Positions 19,241-27,584 of a DNA stretch of 64,000 nt are shown here, one piece after another. Positions within the stretch are counted from its first letter, which is position 1. Every line of letters starts with the position of its first letter. The translations under genes and the position numbers were made by a program. The DNA is taken from assembly GCA_964291285.2 (NCBI GenBank), contig OZ219787.1:2080001-2144000 (forward strand), in the 5' to 3' direction. The notes under the pieces were generated by a model. The model was not told the DNA's origin. It ran no database searches and saw only the letters and a program-made list of their open reading frames with translations. Source of the stretch: Alphaproteobacteria bacterium (GTDB lineage: Bacteria > Pseudomonadota > Alphaproteobacteria > Bin95).

Positions 19241-20227
19241 CTACCTGCCCTCCTGCCGCCTCGCGCCGAAGGACCCGAGAATGCCGAGCTGCTCCATCGT
19301 CCCGACGCTCTCCTGATGACCCGGCCCATAGAAACCGCCCGTAATGCGGTTCCCGGCAACGCCTGCATCGAACGTCCCGTCCACGCGAACGGGCACATTG
19401 TCGAACCGCACCCGAGGCACGCTGTGCGGCCGCCGGTTGACCAGGTCGTAAATGTCCGAAAACACCGCATCGAGCGAGGAGTCCCCGCCGTCATAGGTCA
19501 GCGTCGCCTCACCCTGCAGCGGCAGATAGCCGTTGGCCGAACTGCCGATCAGCACACCCCGCCAGACCAGATCGAAGTCCGGCAGCGGCGCAGGCCGCGT
19601 CCCGGCAATATCTCCGCCTGCAAGGCCGTAGCGCCACTCCGTCTCCCACCCGTCATCGACCGAAAGCGCATGGCTGAAGACGAACCCGCTATGGTGCATC
19701 CAGGCGCCCAGGCTCCGCATGTCGGGCGTATCGGGCGTCGCCTCCCGCACATCCGCCTGAGCCTCCAGGAGCGTGATTCCGTGCCGGCTCCCCCAGCCAC
19801 TCGAAGCCCGCGTCACCCAGTCGAGGTCGCTCCTCCCGAAACCCCGCGGCACGCCGCCATCGGAGGCATCGCCGGCATCGCCCACCTCGCGCAGCGAACA
19901 CGACGTCCCCTCGCACATCGCCTCCAAGATGAAATCGACCCGTTCCAGCTCCTCCGGCGGCTCGATGACCGGGTCCGGAGGAAGCCCATCCACTTCCGGC
20001 GGCAGCTCGCGCCGCTGCCCATGCACCCGCGTCGCCAGAAGCGAGTCCGTCCGGAACAGGATTTCAGCGGTCCGCGCCGCCTGCTCCCCGCCTGTCTCCG
20101 CAGGCGGCTCCACCCCGGGCGCCGGGCCGGGAGGAGAAGGAAGACGCCGCTCCTCAGTGCCGCCACAAGCCGCCAACGCGAGGCCGCACGCAAACGCGGC
20201 GCCAACTGACCGGAAACGCGAACGCAT
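19241..20227 (-). CDS. TbpB-barrel-like surface lipoprotein
   Basis: Lipobox LAACGG; LGAWMHHSGF; C-terminus GGFYGPGHQESVGTMEQLGILGSFGARR. Confidence 0.75.
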   Translation of the reverse strand: MRSRFRSVGAAFACGLALAACGGTEERRLPSPPGPAPGVEPPAETGGEQAARTAEILFRTDSLLATRVHGQRRELPPEVDGLPPDPVIEPPEELERVDFILEAMCEGTSCSLREVGDAGDASDGGVPRGFGRSDLDWVTRASSGWGSRHGITLLEAQADVREATPDTPDMRSLGAWMHHSGFVFSHALSVDDGWETEWRYGLAGGDIAGTRPAPLPDFDLVWRGVLIGSSANGYLPLQGEATLTYDGGDSSLDAVFSDIYDLVNRRPHSVPRVRFDNVPVRVDGTFDAGVAGNRITGGFYGPGHQESVGTMEQLGILGSFGARRQEGR

Positions 20228-20772
20228 CACCGGACCGCCCGCTGTTGCGACCGCATGATTACGATCATCCCGCCGCAAAGCGCGCACGTGAACGCGAGGA
20301 CAAACACCGTCAGCAGCACGACCTCAACGCCCTGGACCGCAAGTTCCGGCGGGGGGGCCTCTCCCATCCAAGCCGCCTGCACCAACGCGGACAGGCAATA
20401 GCCCAGTGGAACGAGAGCCATTCCCATCGAGAACAGCATGGTCGCAAGAACGCCCCCGGCCGCCGCAAAAGCAGCGCGACCCCAGGCACCGTGCCGGCCT
20501 TTCAAGCCGGGGCTCGTCTTCCAGACAAGGACGGCGCCGACCGCCCAGGCGACCGCGCCGCCCGCGTAGAACAGAACCTCCCACGAGGAACGCAGCCAGT
20601 CCGATCCCAGGGCGAGCAGCGCCAGGCCCACGACACCCGCTCCCGCGCCGGCCATCGCCAGCGCACCGGCCACTCCGATGCAAAAGTGCCGCCAGTCTTC
20701 CTTCGTCGCCTGAATACCCAGGTCCGCCATCATTGACGGAACACGCCGCCAACCGCCCAGGAGTGACGTCAT
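20227..20772 (-). CDS. Hypothetical multi-TM membrane protein
   Basis: Four to five hydrophobic segments; stop-start overlaps at both ends. Confidence 0.65.
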   Translation of the reverse strand: MTSLLGGWRRVPSMMADLGIQATKEDWRHFCIGVAGALAMAGAGAGVVGLALLALGSDWLRSSWEVLFYAGGAVAWAVGAVLVWKTSPGLKGRHGAWGRAAFAAAGGVLATMLFSMGMALVPLGYCLSALVQAAWMGEAPPPELAVQGVEVVLLTVFVLAFTCALCGGMIVIMRSQQRAVR

Positions 20773-21290
20773 TTCCGTACCTCCGGTTCTCCGAACAGCG
20801 CTTCCCAGCACTGTCGCCGCGCTTCACGTTCGCCCCGTATCAGTTCCCACCAGGCCCGCCAGAGGCCGATGCCCCGGCGTTCGGCCACAAGTGCGATCCA
20901 TGCGCCGTCCGCAATGCACCCGAGAACCAGAGCCGAAAACGCAACCCAGACCGCCAGGCCCGCCGTTCCATCGCCTCCTGCCGTCGCGAAAACGATCGCC
21001 AGGACGATCAGCCCCATCCGGGACCCGCCCATCCGGTCTACAGGCAGAGACGCCCTGTGCCTCGCATGCTCCCATCGGTGCAGGCCGGCGAACACGAGGA
21101 CGCCGCAGAAATACCCGCCGAAAACGACAGCCACCCGTTCCGGCCGCGACCCCGCCGGATCGAAAAACTCCAGTACGACGAATAGAGCCCCCGCCATCGC
21201 CGACATTGCCAGAGAGCGCGCCCCATGCACGAAATCCCATCCGCAGTCCCTCACCGCAGGAACTTCATCCGGCCGTGTCCCGGGCCTCAC
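20769..21290 (-). CDS. Hypothetical membrane protein (DGxW..RRG family)
   Basis: About four TM; GCIADGAWIALVAERRGIGLWRAW; GTGA/ATGA coupling. Confidence 0.65.
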   Translation of the reverse strand: MRPGTRPDEVPAVRDCGWDFVHGARSLAMSAMAGALFVVLEFFDPAGSRPERVAVVFGGYFCGVLVFAGLHRWEHARHRASLPVDRMGGSRMGLIVLAIVFATAGGDGTAGLAVWVAFSALVLGCIADGAWIALVAERRGIGLWRAWWELIRGEREARRQCWEALFGEPEVRK

Positions 21291-22024
21291 CACTCTCCTC
21301 CCCGCCCGGATCGCGCGAGGCCGACCTCCCATCGCAACCCTGCGACGGCCGCCAGCCAGCTTGCCGCTCTTGCCGCCCGTTCCAGTCGGCGCACCTCTCG
21401 CACTGCTTCCAGGAAGGACAACCCACGATCGACCGCCAGCACCGCCAACCAGGCCCCGGCGGACCAACCGGACAGCAGCATGGCGGCCCCACCCGCCAGC
21501 AAACCGGCGACAAGCTGCCCCGACAGCAGCAGAACCGCCGACATGCCCGCGAAAACAAGCCCCGCCGGCGTCATCTCCAGAGGCGCCCCCATACGGCTGC
21601 CCCATCGGGAATACAGAAAGAAGGAAGCCGCTACCGCGACCGGGTAAAACAGACAGGCCCCGGCAACGAACCCTGCTCCCCCCACTCCGCAAATCAACAG
21701 CGCAAGCGCGAAAAACAGCGTCACGAGTGCCGCCAACCTGTAGGACCGACCTATATGTACGATCTGCGCACAATGGACCGTTGCCTCCAGGTCGAGGTCG
21801 CGGCTTACCTGGACACCTCCAACCAATACCTTCCCCTCCTCTTCGACGCCGCCGCCGTCATTCTCATCTCCGTGCTTTTTCTCAGCTTCGCCTCCTCGTT
21901 CCTCGTGCGCGTCATCGCCTCGGTTGCGATCGTCGCCGCCCTCTGCGCCGCTGGCTGGAGCGAATTCGTTCACGACCGCGCCCTGGACCGGGTTCTCGAA
22001 TGCACCTGACTTCCCGACCGTCAT
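21287..22024 (-). CDS. Hypothetical protein: acidic N-half, about 4-TM C-half (DGxW..RRG family)
   Basis: ATGA overlap at 22021-22024, GTGA overlap at 21287-21290; N-half antisense to 21773-22009. Confidence 0.5.
   Translation of the reverse strand: MTVGKSGAFENPVQGAVVNEFAPASGAEGGDDRNRGDDAHEERGGEAEKKHGDENDGGGVEEEGKVLVGGVQVSRDLDLEATVHCAQIVHIGRSYRLAALVTLFFALALLICGVGGAGFVAGACLFYPVAVAASFFLYSRWGSRMGAPLEMTPAGLVFAGMSAVLLLSGQLVAGLLAGGAAMLLSGWSAGAWLAVLAVDRGLSFLEAVREVRRLERAARAASWLAAVAGLRWEVGLARSGRGGEW
21773..22009 (+). CDS. 78-aa 2-TM protein nested antisense (alternative ATG 21755)
   Basis: MDRCLQVEVAAY...AAAVILISVLFLSFASSFLVRVIASVAIVAALCAAGW; G/C-rich third positions. Confidence 0.5.
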   Translation: MDRCLQVEVAAYLDTSNQYLPLLFDAAAVILISVLFLSFASSFLVRVIASVAIVAALCAAGWSEFVHDRALDRVLECT

Positions 22025-22209
22025 CGCCCAATCCCGATGACCGGACTGTCCAACCCAGTCGCTGTGGGGACGACCGCAGCGCCCCAGCCCATGCCCGGCC
22101 CGAACACCGCACAACCCTGCCGCAAAGAGCGGCCCCGCATCCGCAGGACGCTCCCTTGCCGCACCGGCGAGCAAATGCTCCCAACCCTTTCCACTGACCG
22201 CGCCATCAT
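22021..22209 (-). CDS. 62-aa hypothetical protein
   Basis: ATGA overlaps at both ends; no recognisable motif. Confidence 0.4.
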   Translation of the reverse strand: MMARSVERVGSICSPVRQGSVLRMRGRSLRQGCAVFGPGMGWGAAVVPTATGLDSPVIGIGR

Positions 22210-22346
22210 TCCCGCCCCTCCCCGACGCCGAAGGTGGCCGGGAAGAGCCGGCACCAGCGCTCGTTCTCCGCATCGAGGCAGAGCTCCGGACGCAGCGTCT
22301 CGGCCGAAAGGCCAAGCCGCGCCCGCTCCGTGTTCCAGTCGACCAG

Positions 22347-22386
22347 TGTAGGTGACGGTCGTAAAAGGCGCTTATTTGCTGGCGTT
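22347..22386 (+). repeat. Left terminal inverted repeat of the IS21-family element
   Basis: TGTAGGTGACGGTCGTAAAAGGCGCTTATTTGCTGGCGTT. Confidence 0.85.
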
Positions 22387-22727
22387 GCGCGTTTTTGCGG
22401 GGCGTGATGATCGCAGTGATTGTGGTGCGGCGGTGTTTGTGACGGGGGCCTGGGACGGAAGGAGGGCGTAGCCCGACTGGAGTCGCCGGCCCCCGTCGCG
22501 TTGATATTTTCGCCTGCCGAGGGGAGGGTGTCCTGGCGCTGTCGGCGGGGGTCGCCGGGCTGCGCGAGGGGGTAGACTGGGGCTGCTGAGAACGATGCGG
22601 CGCCGGCCCCGTTTGCTAGGTGGCAACGACCGGCGCCGCACCCCCCGAGCCATGCAAGGCACGGCCCGTATGCGCGGTATCGTAGGCGTTCGGGCGTGGG
22701 TCCACCCCGTTCTCATCGGTCTTTGCG

Positions 22728-23162
22728 ATGAGGAACGCCGCCCGCCTGTTCACCTGCGCTTCGTGCCATCGCCAGGTTGTGCTGTGCCGGCGGTGCGACC
22801 ACGGCAACATCTACTGCTCGCGTCCGTGCAGCGGCCGGGCGCGGCGGCGCTCGCTGCGCCTTGCCGGGCGTCGCTACCAGAACAGCCGGCGGGGCCGTCA
22901 CAAGCATGCCGAACGCCAGCGGCGCTACCGCGAGCGCCGTCGCGTCCGTGCGCCTGAGGAGGGGCGCCGTGCGCAGAAAGTGACGCATCACCCTTTGACC
23001 CGTTCACCGCGCCGTCCTGTTGTGGCGGGCATGCCGGCGGGGCGCTCGGGAAGGAGGCCCTTCGGACCCGACCGTCCCGCCGGAGTGTTCCGCTGCGATC
23101 ACTGCGGGCGGTTCTGCGCCCGGGCGGTCTATCCGGGCCTGCGCCCGGCGCGAAGGGAGTGA
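22728..23162 (+). CDS. Cys-rich, Arg-rich putative Zn-finger protein upstream of istA
   Basis: CASC..CRRC..YCSRPC, RYQNSRRGRHKHAERQRRYR, C-terminal CDHCGRFC. Confidence 0.75.
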   Translation: MRNAARLFTCASCHRQVVLCRRCDHGNIYCSRPCSGRARRRSLRLAGRRYQNSRRGRHKHAERQRRYRERRRVRAPEEGRRAQKVTHHPLTRSPRRPVVAGMPAGRSGRRPFGPDRPAGVFRCDHCGRFCARAVYPGLRPARRE

Positions 23163-23163
23163 G

Positions 23164-24669
23164 ATGGCGATCGACCAGCAGACCCGGGCCGAGATCCTGC
23201 GGCTGTATTTTGCCGAGAAGTGGCGGATCGGCACGATCGCGCGCCAGCTCGGCGTCCACCACGGCACGGTCGAGCGCGCGGTGGCGGCCGCCGGGGCGCC
23301 CACGCCTGAGAAGCGGCGCAGATCTTCGATGATCGATCCGTTCCTGCCCTTCGTCCGCCAGACCCTGGCGGTCTGGCCGAAGTTGCCCTCCAGCCGGCTC
23401 TACCGGATGGCGGTCGAGCGCGGTTACCGGGGGTGCGAGAGCCACTTCCGGCGCATGATCGCGCCCGAGCGTCCGCGGCCGGTGGCCGAGGCCTATCTGC
23501 GCCTCAAGGCCCTGCCCGGCGAGCAGGCCCAGGTCGACTGGGCCCACTTCGGCAAGGTGAGGATCGGGCGTGCGGAGCGCCCGCTGATGGCCTTCGTGAT
23601 GGTGCTCGGCCACTCGCGCCGCCTCTTCCTGCGCTTCTACCTCAACGCCGGGATGGACAACTTCCTGCGCGGCCATGTCGAGGCCTTCGAGGCTTGGCAG
23701 GGCGTGCCCCGCGAGCTCTGGTACGACAATCTGAAGAGCGTCGTGCTGGAGCGGCGCGGCGACGCCATCCGCTTCAATCCCCGGCTTCTCGACTTCGCAG
23801 GCGCCTACCGCTTCCTGCCGAAGCCGGTCGCGGTCGCCCGAGGCAACGAGAAGGGCCGCGTCGAGCGGGCCATACGCTATGTGCGCGACAGCTTCTTCGC
23901 CGCCCGCGCCTGGCGTGACCTCGACGATCTCAACGCCCAGGCCCGGGAGTGGTGCGAGGGCGTCGCCGCCGACCGCCCCTGGCCGGACGACCGCTCCCTC
24001 ACCGTGAGCGAGGCCTTCGAGCGCGAGCGCGGCTCCCTGATGGCGCTGCCCGACGACCGTCCCCCCGTCGACGAGAGGGTCGAGGTCAGGATCGCCAAGA
24101 CCCCCTATGCCAGGTTCGACCTCAATGACTACAGCGTCCCGCATACCCATGTCCGGCGCACCCTCACCGTGGCCGCGACGCTGGAAGAGGTGCGCATCCT
24201 CGACGGCATGGAGGTCATCGCCCGCCATCCGCGCAGCTTCGACAAGGCGGCCCGCATCGAGAACCCCGAACACATTGAGGAGCTGGTCAGGCGCAAGCGT
24301 CACGCCCGCAGCCTGCGCGGGCAGAGCCGGCTGCTCCAGGCCGCGCCCAACAGCGAGCGCCTGATCGCCGAGGCCGCCCCCCGCGGCGCTTATATCGGCG
24401 CCACCGTCGCCGCCCTGCTGCGCCTGCTCGACCAATACGGCGCCGCCGAGCTCGAAGCCGCCATCGACGAGGCCCTCGAACGCGGCGTCCCCCATCCCAA
24501 TGCCGTGCGCCTCAGCCTCACACGGCGGCGCGAACTGCAGGACAGGCCGCCGCCGATCCCCATCGACCTGCCCAGGGACCCGCGCGTGCGCGACATCGCC
24601 GTGCGCGATCACGATCTCGGCGGATACGACGGGCTGGCCGGCTACCATGAAAAGGACAGCGAAGAATGA
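23164..24669 (+). CDS. istA: IS21-family DDE transposase IstA
   Basis: HTH (IGTIARQLGVHHGTV), PGEQAQVDW, YDNLKSVV, KGRVERAIRY. Confidence 0.95.
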   Translation: MAIDQQTRAEILRLYFAEKWRIGTIARQLGVHHGTVERAVAAAGAPTPEKRRRSSMIDPFLPFVRQTLAVWPKLPSSRLYRMAVERGYRGCESHFRRMIAPERPRPVAEAYLRLKALPGEQAQVDWAHFGKVRIGRAERPLMAFVMVLGHSRRLFLRFYLNAGMDNFLRGHVEAFEAWQGVPRELWYDNLKSVVLERRGDAIRFNPRLLDFAGAYRFLPKPVAVARGNEKGRVERAIRYVRDSFFAARAWRDLDDLNAQAREWCEGVAADRPWPDDRSLTVSEAFERERGSLMALPDDRPPVDERVEVRIAKTPYARFDLNDYSVPHTHVRRTLTVAATLEEVRILDGMEVIARHPRSFDKAARIENPEHIEELVRRKRHARSLRGQSRLLQAAPNSERLIAEAAPRGAYIGATVAALLRLLDQYGAAELEAAIDEALERGVPHPNAVRLSLTRRRELQDRPPPIPIDLPRDPRVRDIAVRDHDLGGYDGLAGYHEKDSEE

Positions 24670-25460
24670 CCGACACCCTCATGAACCGCGCCCGCGCGCT
24701 GGGCCTGCACGGCCTCCTCGCCCATTGGGGCGAAGTCGCGGAGCGCGACTGGCTCGCCTCCCTGATCGCGTGGGAAGAAGATGAGAAGCGCGCCCGAAGC
24801 CTCAAACGCCGCCTCGCCGACGCCCGCCTCGGACAGTTCAAGCCGCTCGCAGACTTCGACTGGGACTGGCCAAGGCGCTGCGACCGCATGGCCGTCGAGG
24901 ACCTCATGACCCTCGACTTCCTCAAGGAGGCCGCAAACCTCGTACTGGTCGGACCCAACGGCGTCGGAAAGTCCACCATCGCCGCCAATATCGCCCACCG
25001 CGCCGTCCTCGAAGGCCACATCGTGCGCTTCGCAACCGCCGCCAGCCTGCTCGGCGAACTCGCCGCCATCGACTCCGACACCCTGCTCCAGCGCAGGCTG
25101 CGCTTCTACGCCCGACAGCACCTGCTGGTCATCGACGAAGTCGGATATCTCTCCTACTCCAACCGCCACGCCGACCTGCTGTTCAACATCGTCTCAAGCC
25201 GCAGCCAGCAGAACTCAACCATAATCACCACGAACCGCCCCTTCGCCGAGTGGAGCGAGGCCTTCCCAAACGCCGCCTGCCTGGTCGCCCTCGTCGACCG
25301 GCTCGTCCACAACGCCGAGATCGTCGCCATCGACGGCGACTCCTGGCGCCGCAAGGAAGCCGAGGAACGTCAGAAGCAGCGCAGCGCCGAACGCCGCCGC
25401 CGGCGCGGACCGAAAGCCGGGCAAAGCACTGGAAAGGCGAACCCGGTCCCGTCGCCATAG
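24666..25460 (+). CDS. istB: IS21 helper AAA+ ATPase IstB
   Basis: FDWDW, GPNGVGKST, IDEVGYL, TTNRPFAEW, VDRLVH, GDSWR. Confidence 0.95.
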   Translation: MTDTLMNRARALGLHGLLAHWGEVAERDWLASLIAWEEDEKRARSLKRRLADARLGQFKPLADFDWDWPRRCDRMAVEDLMTLDFLKEAANLVLVGPNGVGKSTIAANIAHRAVLEGHIVRFATAASLLGELAAIDSDTLLQRRLRFYARQHLLVIDEVGYLSYSNRHADLLFNIVSSRSQQNSTIITTNRPFAEWSEAFPNAACLVALVDRLVHNAEIVAIDGDSWRRKEAEERQKQRSAERRRRRGPKAGQSTGKANPVPSP

Positions 25461-25462
25461 CC

Positions 25463-26335
25463 ATGCATCCCTCCCGCCCCCGCGAGCGGCGGGTGCGGGC
25501 CGAGAGCCTGCGGGGCTATCCCCTCGAACCCGTCGCCCGAGCCCTCGGCTACCGCAGCGATCCCGACAATGCCGTGCGCTGGAGACGGCCAGGATCGGTC
25601 CTCTCCATCAACCGCTTCATGTTCTACGACCATCTGCGCGCAGAGGAGGGAGCCGGGGCTATCGAACTGGCGGTCCATGCGCTCGGATGCACCCCGCCGG
25701 ACGCCATCGACTTCCTCGCCGAACTGTCCGACCTCTCAATGCCCCCAGGCGGCCGCCGGCAGGCGCCGGCCAAGGACCCCCGCTGGCCCAACCTCCGGCG
25801 ATACCTCGTCGAGCGGCGCGGCCTCGCGGACGCGCTCGTCACCCTGTGCCGCGACCTCGGCCTGGTCCATGCCGACCCTCACGGCAACCCCGTGTTCGTC
25901 CGCCGAAACGCCGCCGGCGAGGCTACCGGCATCGAAACCGTCACCGCTGACCGCAAAACGACCGCGGGCGGCGGCTTCTGGATGTCCTGGGAGACCGAAT
26001 GGCCACACGCCGTCATCCTGGCCGGCAACGCCCTCGACGCACTCTCCATCCTCTCCCTCCACCTCGGCCCGGTAAAACGCACCGAATGCGCCACCGTCTC
26101 CACCGGCGCCGTCGCCACCAAAGTCCCCAAATGGATCGAGGCATGGAACCCGCGCCTCATCTTCTGTGCATACGACGCCACCACAAACGGCGATCACGCC
26201 GCAAGGCGCCTCGCCCGCAACGACACCAGAATCGTCCGGCTGCGACCCGCACTCGACAACCGGGACTGGAACGACATGCTCATCCGCGACCGAGCCGGCG
26301 AACCAATCGAAACCGATGACCAACAGATCAACTGA
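25463..26335 (+). CDS. DUF3991/Toprim primase-like protein with degenerate acidic motifs
   Basis: FYDH...GAGAIELAVH, YLVERRGL, ILAGNALDALS, CAYDAT..GD.AA, RDWNDML. Confidence 0.75.
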   Translation: MHPSRPRERRVRAESLRGYPLEPVARALGYRSDPDNAVRWRRPGSVLSINRFMFYDHLRAEEGAGAIELAVHALGCTPPDAIDFLAELSDLSMPPGGRRQAPAKDPRWPNLRRYLVERRGLADALVTLCRDLGLVHADPHGNPVFVRRNAAGEATGIETVTADRKTTAGGGFWMSWETEWPHAVILAGNALDALSILSLHLGPVKRTECATVSTGAVATKVPKWIEAWNPRLIFCAYDATTNGDHAARRLARNDTRIVRLRPALDNRDWNDMLIRDRAGEPIETDDQQIN

Positions 26336-26355
26336 AAAACCGCAACCGGCCGAAA

Positions 26356-26395
26356 AATGTCAGCGAATAGGCGCGCTCTGTAACCGTCGCTAACA
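26356..26395 (-). repeat. Right terminal inverted repeat of the IS21-family element
   Basis: Reverse complement TGTTAGCGACGGTTACAGAGCGCGCCTATTCGCTGACATT. Confidence 0.85.
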
Positions 26396-26588
26396 ACCAG
26401 CTCCTTCTGCGCCGCCCGCAGCCTCCGGAGCGCTTCCACGTCAGCCTTCAGCTCCTGCAGCACCAGGCGCGCTTCCGCATAGGCAGCAACCCATTCCGAC
26501 GCCGCCGCCGGCGTTTCCTCCGCGCCCACGGCGATCGGCCCCGCAGCCGGGACCAGCGCCAGCGCAACGAAAGCCGCCTTCACCCGCA

Positions 26589-27581
26589 TCAGCATCCGAC
26601 GCAGTTCCCCACGGTCAGCGTGCCGATGAAGCCCGTGGCCGACTCGATCCGGCCCGCGATCACGGCATTCGCGTCCACGTTCCCCGTCGCCGTGACATTC
26701 GTTGCCGTCACGCCCTGGCGGACATTCGCGCTCTGCGCGTCCAGCCGCGTCGTCACGTCCACCTCGTTCGCCACGACCTCGCCCGAGAACTCGGCATCGC
26801 CCGTAAAGGTCACGTTCCCGGGCGCCACGAACGCGCCCTCGACCCGGACCGCGCGTCCGACCGCCAGCTCCCCGTCGATCCTGAAATCCCCGCCGACATC
26901 CACATCGGCAGAGACCTCCAGGTTCTCCGCCTCAAGCCTGCCGACGCCCTGGATGTCGTTCCCGTTCAGGTCGAGGTCCGTCTCCATCCGCGCCGCGTTC
27001 GGGCAGCCCGGACGCTCGCGCCTGAACAGCCAGTCGCCGCAGACGCTCGACCTGTCGAACTGCTGGAACACCGCCAGCGCGTTCTCCTTCGGATCGCCGC
27101 CGGCGTCGGCCTGGAACGCCGTCACGTCCTCATTGATCGTCGGCCCCCGGAGAACGCCGTTCTCGTCCACCACCCCCAGCGCCTGTGTGCCCCGCGCCTC
27201 GAACAGACCCGAGCCCGGCCACCACTCGTCGAAGTCCGGCACCACCTGCATGCTCACCACGCTCAGCCGGTCTCCGCTCCGCAGCACCCAGACCTTGTGC
27301 CCACGCTTCATCGGGTCGCCCGCACCGAAGCCGTCCGGCAGCAGGTCCTGCCCCTCGAGCTCCGTCATCGTGACCTCTCTCGACGCGGGATTGCCGGGCT
27401 CGACGAGGTCCCCGTAGTTGGCATGAACGTATTTCTCGACCTGGCCCGCCAGCACCACCAGCTTCCGCGCGGAGCTCACCTCGATCGAGGCCTGAAGGCG
27501 CTCGTCCACCCACTCCAGCACCTCCGCCCCGACCAGCATCAGAACCGGCACCGACAGAACGAGCCCGACGACCCAACCCAT
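26589..27581 (-). CDS. pilV: PilV-like minor pilin/adhesin (Shufflon_N-like), leaderless
   Basis: N-terminal TM, VEKYVHANYGDL, VTMTELEGQDLLPDGF, WLFRRERPGCPNAARMETDLDLNGNDI, beta-rich tail ending CVGC. Confidence 0.72.
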   Translation of the reverse strand: MGWVVGLVLSVPVLMLVGAEVLEWVDERLQASIEVSSARKLVVLAGQVEKYVHANYGDLVEPGNPASREVTMTELEGQDLLPDGFGAGDPMKRGHKVWVLRSGDRLSVVSMQVVPDFDEWWPGSGLFEARGTQALGVVDENGVLRGPTINEDVTAFQADAGGDPKENALAVFQQFDRSSVCGDWLFRRERPGCPNAARMETDLDLNGNDIQGVGRLEAENLEVSADVDVGGDFRIDGELAVGRAVRVEGAFVAPGNVTFTGDAEFSGEVVANEVDVTTRLDAQSANVRQGVTATNVTATGNVDANAVIAGRIESATGFIGTLTVGNCVGC

Positions 27582-27584
27582 CGC

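Larger units (their letters stand above)
22347..26395 (+). mobile_element. IS21-family transposon (4049 bp) with two extra genes
   Basis: TG...CA ends, 40-bp imperfect IRs (27/40 identical), ACCAG direct repeat at 22342-22346 and 26396-26400, istA plus istB. Confidence 0.93.
22206..26589 (-). pseudogene. 109-aa secreted coiled-coil protein interrupted by the IS21-family element (pieces 26589-26396 and 22341-22206)
   Basis: Removing 22347-26395 and one ACCAG copy restores a 330-nt ORF MRVKAAFVALAL...AAQKELV-DWNTERARLGL...CLDAENERWCRLFPATFGVGEGRE*. Confidence 0.85.

Noticed and set aside
25463-26335. Toprim gene as the element's Sog-like conjugative primase
   Set aside because: It lies inside the IS21 IRs and target duplication, so it arrived with the transposon; acidic motifs look degenerate
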